From a virus (taxonomy: Duplodnaviria > Caudoviricetes): a stretch of 64,000 bases of DNA. Shown here piece by piece: positions 45,141-54,529 of this stretch (its first letter is position 1; each line of letters starts with the position of its first letter). Position numbers and translations under genes: made by a program. The notes under the pieces are model-generated. The model was not told the origin of the DNA. It was given only the letters and a program-made list of their open reading frames with translations, and made no database searches. Location of the stretch: the IMG/VR virus record IMGVR_UViG_3300029288_000063, positions 160,001 to 224,000 of that record. One strand, written 5' to 3'.

Positions 45141-47375
45141 ATGAGATTTCATTTGCTTGGTCTGGCGCATCTTCCAACCCATAAAAAGTTTTCCCAGTGT
45201 GCCTATACGAACAAGATAGTGCGGCTATCCAAGATGCTTCGTGCGAAGGGTCACACTGTTATTTTTTATGGTGTGGAAGGGTCCGAAGTAGAGTGTGATG
45301 AGTTTGTTCAGGTGCTGTCCGAGAAAGAACGTGTCGCGTGTTATGGCGAATATGACATGAAGAAGGAATTCTTCAAGCTGGATGGTGGAGACGCGGCATA
45401 TACGACTTTTAATCTGAACACTATTGAAGAGATCAATAAACGCAAGGTTGAGAGGGACGTACTTTTGTGTTCGATGGGGTGTTGGCATCAACCCGTCGCA
45501 AAAGGTACTGGCGTTTTGGCAGTCGAGTCAGGCATTGGTTATGAAGGTGTTTTTTCTCATTTCAAGGTTTTCGAGTCATATGCATGGATGCATTGGATTT
45601 ATGGGAAGCGCAACATCGTAAACGGTGTATGGTTTGATTCCGTCATTCCGAATTATTTTGATCTTGAGTCTTTCCCATTCCAAGAGAAAAAGGGTGATTA
45701 TGCTCTTTTTGTTGGACGACTTGTGCATCGGAAAGGTATAGATGTGGCGGTTGAGGTAACGCGGCGCTTGGGAATGGAATTGATTGTCGCCGGTCAGGGT
45801 TCGTTGGTGAATCCACGGGAAAAACTTAACATAACGTCGTCCCATGTCAAACATGTTGGGTGTGTTGGTCCTGAAGAACGTGCGCAGTTGATGGGTGGTG
45901 CGCGGGTTTGCTTTGCCCCGACGTATTATATTGAGCCGTTTGGTGGCGTTGCTGTTGAGGCTCAATTGTGCGTTCTTCCAAAGACAAATCTAGGACTGTC
46001 AAATAAATATTTTGAGGACGCAAAAATAGGGGATTCTATAGAATCGGAGGTTGGAGTTGTAAAAGTTGTAGATACCATGAAGCGTGATTATTGCGGAGAT
46101 GTATTTACAATTAAAGGATTGTCAATGTTGCCATTCACTGTAACTCGTGGACATCAAGTTAAAACAGCGAAGGTGGAAAGAACATATAATCCAGAATTTA
46201 GGAAACAGGGGAAAATGTGCTACGTTCGTTCTGTTAAAGATGTTGCATGGAAGAACGTGGAGGATGTAAGTGATGAAGATTATTTAGTTATTCCTAAGAG
46301 TTCTATTGAAATAAAAAAAGAAGGTTTTGTGTTAGAATCAAAGACATATACGCAAAAAGAAAAAAAATACAAAGATGTATTTTTACCTATCAATGAAGAC
46401 ACGATGAGGTTATTTGGTTATTATGTTGCAGAGGGTGGAAGCGCAGAAAATGCTGCCAAAATTTATTTTGGTTCTCATGAGCCAGATTTGGTGTCTGATG
46501 TTATTGACATCATTGAAAGATATACTCCATATAAAGTAACAGTTAAAGAACTTGGAAGTGTGTTTCATATTTCTTTTGGGGGGAATGTGATAGCGAGATT
46601 TTTAAGAGAAAACTTTGGAAAAATATCCACGGAAAAAATGATTCCAGATTGGATTTTATATGCGCCTTTAGACTTGTTGGAATCATTTTTAAGAGCTTAT
46701 ATTGATGGGGATGGCTGTTATACAGGAAGGGCTTTGTCAATTTCAACATCTTCTAAACTATTGGCTATGCAACTTCAAAAAGCATTTTTGAGGTTTGGAG
46801 TCTTGGTTTCAATAACGATAGATAATAGAGAAGGTGAAGTTAATATATGTGGAAGAACTTGTCATCAAAATGTTCGGTATCTTATTCGTTCAAAAACAAA
46901 CAATCTTTTTAATAATATTGAAAAAGGAAACAGACTTTGTTCTCGCTTCTTAGAAGATGATAAGGCTTTTTATGTTCCTGTTTCTTCTATTATTAAAGAT
47001 AGTTATTCTGGTGAGGTTTACAACGTAACAACCGAAGATAGTACATATTGCTTGGGAAATGTTTTGGTTCATAATTGCGGGACTCCGGTGTTGACGTCGG
47101 ATTTTGGGGCGTTCACGGAGACGATTCAGCACGGGAAGACTGGCTTCCGTTGCCGCACGATTGAGGAGTTTGTTTGGGCTGCAAAGAACGCAGATAAACT
47201 GAAGCCAGAAGACTGCCGTGAGTGGGCAGCGGCGAATTATAGCATGGAACGTGTTTCGGATATGTATGAAGAATACTTTCACAGGATTGCCTCTTTATGG
47301 GGTGAGGGTTGGTATGCCGAAAATGAAGCGAGGATAGATTTGAACTGGCTTCGTAAGCACTACATAAATGATTAG
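45141..47375 (+). CDS. GT4-family glycosyltransferase containing an intein
   Basis: FVGRLVHRKG, EPFGGVAVEAQL|...|CGTPVLTSDFGAFTE, TGF. Confidence 0.9.
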   Translation: MRFHLLGLAHLPTHKKFSQCAYTNKIVRLSKMLRAKGHTVIFYGVEGSEVECDEFVQVLSEKERVACYGEYDMKKEFFKLDGGDAAYTTFNLNTIEEINKRKVERDVLLCSMGCWHQPVAKGTGVLAVESGIGYEGVFSHFKVFESYAWMHWIYGKRNIVNGVWFDSVIPNYFDLESFPFQEKKGDYALFVGRLVHRKGIDVAVEVTRRLGMELIVAGQGSLVNPREKLNITSSHVKHVGCVGPEERAQLMGGARVCFAPTYYIEPFGGVAVEAQLCVLPKTNLGLSNKYFEDAKIGDSIESEVGVVKVVDTMKRDYCGDVFTIKGLSMLPFTVTRGHQVKTAKVERTYNPEFRKQGKMCYVRSVKDVAWKNVEDVSDEDYLVIPKSSIEIKKEGFVLESKTYTQKEKKYKDVFLPINEDTMRLFGYYVAEGGSAENAAKIYFGSHEPDLVSDVIDIIERYTPYKVTVKELGSVFHISFGGNVIARFLRENFGKISTEKMIPDWILYAPLDLLESFLRAYIDGDGCYTGRALSISTSSKLLAMQLQKAFLRFGVLVSITIDNREGEVNICGRTCHQNVRYLIRSKTNNLFNNIEKGNRLCSRFLEDDKAFYVPVSSIIKDSYSGEVYNVTTEDSTYCLGNVLVHNCGTPVLTSDFGAFTETIQHGKTGFRCRTIEEFVWAAKNADKLKPEDCREWAAANYSMERVSDMYEEYFHRIASLWGEGWYAENEARIDLNWLRKHYIND
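45969..47075 (+). mobile_element. intein with LAGLIDADG homing endonuclease (369 aa)
   Basis: starts CVLPKT, block B VTRGH, LFGYYVAEG, FLRAYIDGDG, ends VYNV...LVHN before +1 Cys; markedly AT-rich. Confidence 0.93.
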
Positions 47376-47460
47376 CTCTCAAACGGGGAGGTGTGTCGTG
47401 GGGTTGTTGATGTTGGTTACCGTTCTGTATTTTTGTTATGTTTTTGTTGTTCTGAGGTAA
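47368..47460 (+). CDS. possible small single-TM peptide
   Basis: VVGLLMLVTVLYFCYVFVVLR; GGGGAGG upstream of alternative GTG 47398. Confidence 0.35.
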   Translation: MISSQTGRCVVGLLMLVTVLYFCYVFVVLR

Positions 47461-47568
47461 ATACAAATTCTTCTAAAATAATTTTATAAGCACCTAAGAG
47501 TGTGGGTGTGCCTTTGGATGTTCATGAAGGTACACCGTGGTTCTTTTTTTGGAAAAAGGAGGTGTGCT

Positions 47569-48192
47569 ATGGCCGGAACGACTAAGGCTAACTGGCAGCA
47601 GTATTCGCGGTGGGGCTGGGTTATTGCTCGTACGATGAGGATTAACCAGCCGGATCAGGTGAGAAAGTCCTATGAATACAACATTGTTGGAGTTGATGGT
47701 GGGGCGTTTCTCATTGAGGGGAATCACACTCTTGAATTGATGTCTGGTGATACTTTCGTCGTGAAAGATTCGACTGGAAACGACGGAACGTATACTGTTG
47801 ACGAATCTGCGAGTTACGACGAACCTACTAACCGCACAACAGTTCTTGCAACTGAAGAAGCGCCGGATGAAACCGTAGATGGCGTTCTGGAAGTATCCAA
47901 TATGGAAGAGACTGTCGTTCGTCGCTTTGTTAAGTATATTTGGGACACGGCGACTCATACCGGTTCTCGCCCGTGGTTGGATTGGAAGTTCGTTGGTGAT
48001 GGTACGCAGGGTGCCGGTTACAATCCGGGCGACAGCGCGAACGAACCCGTTCACGTTCTCGTGAAGTTGCTTCAGCACTCTGTTCGTGACCTGAAGAAAA
48101 CCCCGTTGACCGAAGCGGAGCGTCCGCTTGTTGAAGCATTGTTTGCTGGAACGGGCAACCGTCGTTTTGGCGATATGGGGAATCTGGTCTAA
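47569..48192 (+). CDS. hypothetical structural-region protein
   Basis: AAGGAGG RBS; GDTFVV...GNDGTYTV beta domain. Confidence 0.7.
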   Translation: MAGTTKANWQQYSRWGWVIARTMRINQPDQVRKSYEYNIVGVDGGAFLIEGNHTLELMSGDTFVVKDSTGNDGTYTVDESASYDEPTNRTTVLATEEAPDETVDGVLEVSNMEETVVRRFVKYIWDTATHTGSRPWLDWKFVGDGTQGAGYNPGDSANEPVHVLVKLLQHSVRDLKKTPLTEAERPLVEALFAGTGNRRFGDMGNLV

Positions 48193-48244
48193 AAGAAAAA
48201 AGTCGGCCGCATAGGGTGGTCGAAAAATATGAAGGAGATGTGTT

Positions 48245-48994
48245 ATGGCGAATAAGAGTGAACCTGTTGTATCGAATGGAAAGGTTGAGAAGTGGGTGAT
48301 CTGCCGGACCGTTCATCTTGGCATCACACGCGATTCGTTTTCTCCGGGAACTGTTATCGAGCATTATCCGGAAGAGATGTCCGTTGTCATCGAAGGGAAG
48401 CGTTACGACAGCGACAGGGATTTGCTGGCATTGAGGAAGCTTGAGGAGAAGACGGGTCAGCAGTGGATTGTTCCGTTTTCCGCAAAGGCTGTTGCCGAAG
48501 CCCGCAAGGTTCCCGGTGTATTGGCGAAGGATAAGCCGCCTATGCCGGGAGAGGGTCATGATAAGATGCCTGTCGTGAAATGTGACAGCGACGAATTGGG
48601 AGAAATTGACATCAGTGCAACCAAGCAGCGTCCGCACACGCAAAAGGACACCGGGAAGAAGATGGAAGTCATTCGTGGTGACGAGTCGGCAGAAGATAGG
48701 ATTGCTCGTTTGCAGAATGAAATCCCGAAGATGCAGGTTGTTCGCGATGACTCCCTTGGTGATATTTCCGGTCCGAGTCTGAACATCGGTGGTGTAAAAA
48801 CTCCGCCTCCCGGTAAAGAAGCTCAGATTCATGCTCCGAAAACTGTTACTTCGTCGGTTGACACTGAAGTTTTGCCGAGTGATGTCGAGGTTGCCAAGAC
48901 GCCGTCTATTTCAAAAACAGAGCCAGTGAAGCGTGGTCCGGGTCGCCCGCGTAAGGCGAAGCAGGTTGTGGGGGGCAAAGATGGCTCTGTTTGA
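48245..48994 (+). CDS. hypothetical protein with C-terminal AT-hook
   Basis: KRGPGRPRK; three KM.V[VI]..D repeats. Confidence 0.65.
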   Translation: MANKSEPVVSNGKVEKWVICRTVHLGITRDSFSPGTVIEHYPEEMSVVIEGKRYDSDRDLLALRKLEEKTGQQWIVPFSAKAVAEARKVPGVLAKDKPPMPGEGHDKMPVVKCDSDELGEIDISATKQRPHTQKDTGKKMEVIRGDESAEDRIARLQNEIPKMQVVRDDSLGDISGPSLNIGGVKTPPPGKEAQIHAPKTVTSSVDTEVLPSDVEVAKTPSISKTEPVKRGPGRPRKAKQVVGGKDGSV

Positions 48995-49244
48995 CTATAA
49001 GTGTGAATCCTGCGGGGAAGTCCTTGAAAGGGACTTCCCTGTGGGTAAAGCTCCTCAAACTATTAAGTGCTCCTGTGGTGAGTCTGCCGGTCGTTTTTAT
49101 GGGAGTGTGAGTTTTGTGCTAAAGGGCAGTGGTTGGCCATCGCAGACACATCGCCGGAAGGCGGAGGGTCTTGCGGCGAATGAAGCTGCCGGTCGTCGGA
49201 TGCGCAAATCTCATTCGTCTCCTAAATTGATTGATCAGCGGTAG
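48981..49244 (+). CDS. FmdB-family zinc-ribbon protein
   Basis: FDYKCESCG...KCSCG...FVLKGSGW. Confidence 0.85.
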   Translation: MALFDYKCESCGEVLERDFPVGKAPQTIKCSCGESAGRFYGSVSFVLKGSGWPSQTHRRKAEGLAANEAAGRRMRKSHSSPKLIDQR

Positions 49245-49261
49245 CCAAGGGGGTATCAGGA

Positions 49262-49540
49262 ATGAACCCTATGTTTAACGCAGACGATCAGGAAGAAGTT
49301 GTTCTTTATAGAACATCGGATATTCATTTCGCGAGTTTTCTTGGCGCGTTGGATGTTCCGTTGGTTAACACCGAGAGGGAAGAATCCGGCGATGGACGCA
49401 CGAAGGTAATGTTTGTGTTTCGGGTTCCGTCGAGTTCGCTGCGTCAGTTGAAGGCGCAGTATTTTGGTGGAACGGGTACGGTGAAGGTTCAGAAGTTTGT
49501 GCAGCAGTTGCGCAGCTTGAAATCTATGTGTTTTACGTAG
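49262..49540 (+). CDS. DUF5659-like protein
   Basis: YRTSDIHFASFL...KVMFVF. Confidence 0.65.
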   Translation: MNPMFNADDQEEVVLYRTSDIHFASFLGALDVPLVNTEREESGDGRTKVMFVFRVPSSSLRQLKAQYFGGTGTVKVQKFVQQLRSLKSMCFT

Positions 49541-49607
49541 GCTGTTGTCCTGTAAGGACAAAAGGCAATCGGTTCGCCGGATAGACTTCACTTGATGAGG
49601 TAAGAAT

Positions 49608-50363
49608 ATGCCCGTATTTCCCGGAACATTCATCAACACCGAGGCGGTTGGTATCGTGCGCTATGATAACATCATAGACAACCTACTTACGCCTCGTTTG
49701 ATTGCGTTTCGTGAGGTCAAGGTATATGACGAGGTAAGCACCTTGTTATCGGATGGTTTGACTTGGCGTCAGACGTACGGCAACTGGAACTCGACGTTTC
49801 CCTTTACTTTTGTGAAAAATGGTGCCGAGGTTGTCACTCCTTTGGTTGTTGATTATGTTGCCGGGAGTTTTCAGTCCGGGTCGGTATCGGCGGGTGACAG
49901 TTTTCGCAGTTCGTATTGCTTTGATTATTTCCCTGCCCCGGTGTTAAAGGGATATCTCGATACTGTTGTTGATATTGTCAATACGGGCGCATATGGTCCT
50001 CCTACCGGTTATTCTATCGAAACGATGCCTCCTTGGTGGGATGGTGTTGTTGTAGACCTTGTTGTAGCCATGTGTATGGAACGGTTGATTACCGACTACA
50101 CAATGTGGCGTGGTCGCTTGATTTTTGCAATTTCTGGCAATCAACTTGAGGATGGTGGAGGAGACATCGTTGGACAGCTTGAGACAATCAAGCGGAACGC
50201 TGAAGAGCGTGCGTACAAGACGATGGAAAATGAGAAATTCAAGAGTGGGAACTATTTGGCTCCTCCAACATCTATTTATTACAATGCGATTCGTGGTACG
50301 GGTCGTGGTGGAATGCATAGTTATGGAAGAACAAGGGGATGGCGTCCGAATCGTTGGATATAA
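49608..50363 (+). CDS. putative head-tail connector/neck protein
   Basis: helical C-terminal domain and position in the morphogenesis cluster (inference). Confidence 0.45.
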   Translation: MPVFPGTFINTEAVGIVRYDNIIDNLLTPRLIAFREVKVYDEVSTLLSDGLTWRQTYGNWNSTFPFTFVKNGAEVVTPLVVDYVAGSFQSGSVSAGDSFRSSYCFDYFPAPVLKGYLDTVVDIVNTGAYGPPTGYSIETMPPWWDGVVVDLVVAMCMERLITDYTMWRGRLIFAISGNQLEDGGGDIVGQLETIKRNAEERAYKTMENEKFKSGNYLAPPTSIYYNAIRGTGRGGMHSYGRTRGWRPNRWI

Positions 50364-50397
50364 ATTTTATATCTGACGTTTGTTGAAAGGAAAAATC

Positions 50398-50826
50398 ATG
50401 AATCGTGTTTTGATTGCGAAAGAAATAATGGCAATTGCCCGTATCCTTACGAGCACGGAGTTTGACTCTCAGGAGGCTATGAATAAATATTTGAGAGAGC
50501 ACCCTGATGCCGACCGCTCAAAGCATTCTGTCAAGAAGCCTGCCGGTGGCGGTTCCGGGGGTTCGGGCGGCCCGGGCGGTAAGAAGGTGAAGCCGCACAA
50601 GTCTTTGGGAGAACTGCTTGGTCAGTGGCATTCCTCTGGGAGCGACCCTATTTATCAGGTGTCGTCCCATGCGTCGGGAGGTCACGAGGTTGACCATGAT
50701 GTTGCAGTGAAAGCCCTGTCCCGTGTCAATCAGTTGTTGGAACGTGACGATGTGAAGAGTAACAAATCGGATGCCGCTCAGCTTGGAAAAGCAAAGAAGC
50801 TTTTGGAGCAGGCGGTTGGGAAATAG
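50398..50826 (+). CDS. hypothetical protein with N-terminal tag
   Basis: MNRVLIAKEIMAIARILTS; KYLREHPDADRSKH motif. Confidence 0.75.
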   Translation: MNRVLIAKEIMAIARILTSTEFDSQEAMNKYLREHPDADRSKHSVKKPAGGGSGGSGGPGGKKVKPHKSLGELLGQWHSSGSDPIYQVSSHASGGHEVDHDVAVKALSRVNQLLERDDVKSNKSDAAQLGKAKKLLEQAVGK

Positions 50827-50849
50827 GTTTTATACGAACGGGAATCGTT

Positions 50850-51176
50850 ATGGGTATTGATGTCGGACAAGAACTCAAAGAGATTCGGAACCTTATCGGT
50901 TCGGCCTGCATCATGGAGTCTGTGCGCCAAGAGGTTCGTGCGGCACTCCAAGATGGCAAAGCGATGATTCTTGACGGCGAACATGCCCAGTCGAGGGTTT
51001 CTGGTTCTTCGGGGTTTGATGTGGTTGTGATAGTATCGTCGATAAATGATGATGTGGTTGAATCTTTGGCTAGACGTTTACGTGCACGTATTCCAGATGC
51101 CGAAATCAAACGTATTGGTGTAGATGGCGTGCTTGGGGTTCGCGGTTCGCGTCGCGGTTCGAGGGGCACAAAATGA
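50850..51176 (+). CDS. hypothetical protein with weak tag
   Basis: DVGQELKEIRNLIG. Confidence 0.6.
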   Translation: MGIDVGQELKEIRNLIGSACIMESVRQEVRAALQDGKAMILDGEHAQSRVSGSSGFDVVVIVSSINDDVVESLARRLRARIPDAEIKRIGVDGVLGVRGSRRGSRGTK

Positions 51177-51796
51177 ACAAAACTATGATTGCGTCTGAGA
51201 TTCTGCGCTGTGCTAAGATGCTTGTTGGATGGGGGAAGCCGATGCCCCGGTCGTTCCATATTCCGAAAGACGCCCAGCCGACGAAAGATGTTGGTGGGAC
51301 GGATTTGGAAATCTGGACGTACGAGGGTGTGAATCCACGCGGACCGTATTTCGGTGGGATTGCGTTTGCCGGTAAGGCGCAGAAGCCGTTGTGGCATTAC
51401 ACGTTCCAGTCCGAGGACAAGCGTAGCGACTACATCAAGAAGACGATTGACCAGCGGAAGATGATTATGGATGTCAAAAACAAAGAGCGCGAGGAGCGTC
51501 GTAACTTCAAGCACTCGCTGAATGTTGGCGATATCCTGTATGACACGTGGGGTTATGACCAGACGAACGTGGACTTCTATCAGGTTGTCGCCGTTGGTGA
51601 GAAGTCTGTCAAGATTCGTCCTATTTCCAGCAGGAATACGGATGATAGTCACGTTGTTCCGCTCCCGGATAAGTTTACAGGTCCGGCTGAACTAAAAGTT
51701 GTTGGTCGTGGCAATCATGTTCGTGTTCATTCGGGTGCGGCTGGTCCGTGGGAAGGTCGTCCCGTGTATGAGACTCCATTTGGCATGGGTCACTGA
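51173..51796 (+). CDS. hypothetical protein with N-terminal tag
   Basis: MIASEILRCAKMLVG; VGDILYDTWGYDQTNVDFYQVV domain. Confidence 0.75.
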   Translation: MNKTMIASEILRCAKMLVGWGKPMPRSFHIPKDAQPTKDVGGTDLEIWTYEGVNPRGPYFGGIAFAGKAQKPLWHYTFQSEDKRSDYIKKTIDQRKMIMDVKNKEREERRNFKHSLNVGDILYDTWGYDQTNVDFYQVVAVGEKSVKIRPISSRNTDDSHVVPLPDKFTGPAELKVVGRGNHVRVHSGAAGPWEGRPVYETPFGMGH

Positions 51797-51813
51797 TGAG
51801 TAGGGGATAGTGG

Positions 51814-52302
51814 ATGCCGGATATTTCGAGCACGACAGGGAGGGAATTTTATAGTGGGTCATGGGAGGATATCCGTGACCTTTGTCGTGTTTTGAATATC
51901 GGAGAAGGTAAGCTTGCCACCATTACCCAGCAGACCGTAAACAAGTTTCAAGAGATGGTTGATAGAGAGATTGATGGCATTCTTGAGGATATGTATTGGG
52001 TTCCTCTTATTCAGATAAATCAGTATCAACCTGATGGAACCACAAAGTTGATCTTTCCCGGTTCGTTGAGACGTCTTGCGCGTTATTGGTCTGCCGGTTT
52101 GTTGTTGCAGGTTCAGTTTCAGGGTGTTGACCCGAACATAAACGAATCGGCGAGTGCGTTTATCGAGGATAGTCGAAAAGAGGTCTTCAAGCTTCGTCGC
52201 ATGACGAATAGATTGCCCGGTCAGCGGTTTAAATCTGCCCACATGGGGCATACGATGCCGCCGACAATGATGCCGCCGGTTATCCCGGAACAAGATTGGT
52301 AA
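51814..52302 (+). CDS. putative head-tail adaptor (Mu gp36-like)
   Basis: DREIDGIL...Y.VPL...P..LRRLA pattern. Confidence 0.5.
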   Translation: MPDISSTTGREFYSGSWEDIRDLCRVLNIGEGKLATITQQTVNKFQEMVDREIDGILEDMYWVPLIQINQYQPDGTTKLIFPGSLRRLARYWSAGLLLQVQFQGVDPNINESASAFIEDSRKEVFKLRRMTNRLPGQRFKSAHMGHTMPPTMMPPVIPEQDW

Positions 52303-52313
52303 GGGGGGTTGTA

Positions 52314-52670
52314 ATGGCACAGTTTGTTGACCCGAAGGCAGTTTTGAAGACTGATTTCACGGATATTCGTGCCTTGGAGCGTGCGGTTCGTCAGGCGTTG
52401 GCGGCTGAAGAGGAAGCTGTGTCGTTGTACGAGACGATTGCCGACTCCACAGATGTTGACATCGCAAAGAAGGTTTTGCAGGACATCGCCGACGAGGAGA
52501 AGGTCCACGCCGGAGAGCTGTATCGCCTGTTGGAAATTCTTACGGATGGTGAAGAGTCTGATTTCTTCCAAGAGGGTGTTGACGAGGTCGATGAGGGCAA
52601 AGTTGCGTCGATTGCCGGGCGTGTTGCGCACTCTATGATGCCGCGTTATCTCGGAGGAAAGGACAAATGA
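52314..52670 (+). CDS. ferritin-like (rubrerythrin/Flp-type) protein
   Basis: AVRQALAAEEEAVSLY...DIADEEKVHAGEL di-iron motifs. Confidence 0.85.
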   Translation: MAQFVDPKAVLKTDFTDIRALERAVRQALAAEEEAVSLYETIADSTDVDIAKKVLQDIADEEKVHAGELYRLLEILTDGEESDFFQEGVDEVDEGKVASIAGRVAHSMMPRYLGGKDK

Positions 52671-53146
52671 GGGGACGTCGGGCGATTCCGTGGCTTGTCA
52701 ATGTCGACTGTTGTGGGCATCGGGTCAATTTTGACCAAGAGCTTGAGAAGTATGGTACGGGTGTTTTGAATCCGAAATACGAGAAGGCGCTGGAACGGTT
52801 TTTCAAGACCAAAGACAAGAAGGTAATGTTGCAAAAAGCACTTCGTGCTGATAGGGTTCCTGTGTGGTGCGAAAAATGTCGCACCATAGAAGTTGTGGAT
52901 GTGGATTCTGGTGATTGTGTCAGTGGTTGTTCTATAAGGAGAGGTTCGATGTCGAATATTAACCAACGTGTCGCCGAAGAATTGATTGGTTTGGCGAAAT
53001 TGTTGTTGTCTGATGGTGTTCAGGTTAGTCGTGGTCGTGGTCTTGGTCGTGGTATGCGTTGCGGGCCACAAAATGGTTTGGGTTTCCGTTCCGGTCCTCA
53101 GGATGGTTCTGGAAACAACCCAAACTGTCCTATTAACAAGGATTGA
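52667..53146 (+). CDS. Cys-containing hypothetical protein, in frame with an internal tagged gene starting at 52949
   Basis: internal AAGGAGAGG RBS before MSNINQRVAEELIGLAKLLLS. Confidence 0.6.
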   Translation: MRGRRAIPWLVNVDCCGHRVNFDQELEKYGTGVLNPKYEKALERFFKTKDKKVMLQKALRADRVPVWCEKCRTIEVVDVDSGDCVSGCSIRRGSMSNINQRVAEELIGLAKLLLSDGVQVSRGRGLGRGMRCGPQNGLGFRSGPQDGSGNNPNCPINKD

Positions 53147-53208
53147 ATATACTTATGCGGTTGTTATGTTTTGGGGAAAACCATCAGCAATATCAAAGGA
53201 GTAGTTTC

Positions 53209-53871
53209 ATGTCTGACGTTAGGATGCGCATTGCGAAAGAGTTGTTGTTTGTAGCGAAAGAGCTTGCAGCGTTCTGGGATTTGAACATTGTTCCACCGAC
53301 GCGTTCTGACATTGAGAAATCGAAGAGTGTTGTGAAGTCCGCCCTTCAGAAGAAGGGAATGCGTTGCGACAAGCTCGAATTCCAGCGGTATATGGTCTAC
53401 CAAGAGAACAAAGATTGTTCCGGTCAGGAGTGTCAGCGGAACTCGAACAAGCACCTGTGTGTGTTTGGGTACAGCGATAAGAACGGTCAGTTCGGCGGCG
53501 GTGTTGCCGGTGGTCGTATTGGCGAGAACAATCAGCCGAAGCTGTATCAGGATTGGGGTATCGTTGGTGAGGGTGCGGATGGTGAGCGTCGTATTCGTGC
53601 GTTGATTGATGCGTATATCCGCAAGAAGACGACCCAGAGCGATGGGTACTCCGAGGTCAAGGTTGCGTCGGTTGCAGTGTCGGCTGACAACAAAGCTGAC
53701 GTCGAATACAAAATGAAACAGCAAGCGATAAAGAAGTCGTTGGAGTTTCTTGAAAAAAAACTTCGTGAGCACGCCGCTCATCAGTCTAAAGGCTACACTG
53801 ATTGGGGTTATGTTGGTGATTTGGAAAAGGTTCTTGGAAACCTTAACGAGATTAACAGGTTTTTGGGCTAA
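53209..53871 (+). CDS. tagged protein with a WGR-like domain
   Basis: RIAKELLFVAKELAA; NSNK...GRIG...KK...GYSEV; C-terminal DWGYVGDL module. Confidence 0.65.
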   Translation: MSDVRMRIAKELLFVAKELAAFWDLNIVPPTRSDIEKSKSVVKSALQKKGMRCDKLEFQRYMVYQENKDCSGQECQRNSNKHLCVFGYSDKNGQFGGGVAGGRIGENNQPKLYQDWGIVGEGADGERRIRALIDAYIRKKTTQSDGYSEVKVASVAVSADNKADVEYKMKQQAIKKSLEFLEKKLREHAAHQSKGYTDWGYVGDLEKVLGNLNEINRFLG

Positions 53872-54465
53872 ATGTACACGAATCCATCTAATCTGATAAA
53901 GACCCTGATTCGAATGCTGGAGTCAAACGCTGAGACAATCAATCGTGTGATTCAGGTTTATGAGCCGAATAAGGGTTTGACGGTTTTGGAGGGCATGCGC
54001 CGGACGCTTCCGGTGGATGCCTTTCCGTGTTTGGAGATTGAGCCTACTACAGGGGCGAACGAGTGGGCTGTCACGCGTGCCCAGCGTCCACGGTATAGCT
54101 TTCAGTGCACGCTGACGGTGAGGAATGATAACGAGTTGTTTGGTGTTGAGTACATTGCGACGATTGTGACAATTCTTACGGAGCTTATGACTGACCCGCA
54201 AAACCTCCAAATGCGTATATTGAACGAGTCCAAATGGGACCCGAATGCCGGTCTTGTTGCGACCTACATAATGGATAGTTTGGTTGAGAGCGTGACCTAT
54301 AATGCCAACAAAGAAGGTACAATTCGAACGGCTGAGTTTGATTGGTTTGCGCTGATTCACGAGCCGTTCCCGGATAGCAAATTCAGGATTGGCGGCGGGG
54401 ATGTTGAGATTGCCGGTAGTTTGGTGCAGCCGGTCGTTGTAAGGCCGTTTTCGTCCAACCCGTAG
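53872..54465 (+). CDS. putative tail completion/terminator protein
   Basis: FPCLEIEP motif and position before tube genes (inference). Confidence 0.5.
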   Translation: MYTNPSNLIKTLIRMLESNAETINRVIQVYEPNKGLTVLEGMRRTLPVDAFPCLEIEPTTGANEWAVTRAQRPRYSFQCTLTVRNDNELFGVEYIATIVTILTELMTDPQNLQMRILNESKWDPNAGLVATYIMDSLVESVTYNANKEGTIRTAEFDWFALIHEPFPDSKFRIGGGDVEIAGSLVQPVVVRPFSSNP

Positions 54466-54529
54466 GGAATAGTTTTTTTATGAGTTTCCTTAGGGTAGTT
54501 CTTGCTTTTGTTTGAAAGTTGAGGCGTCT

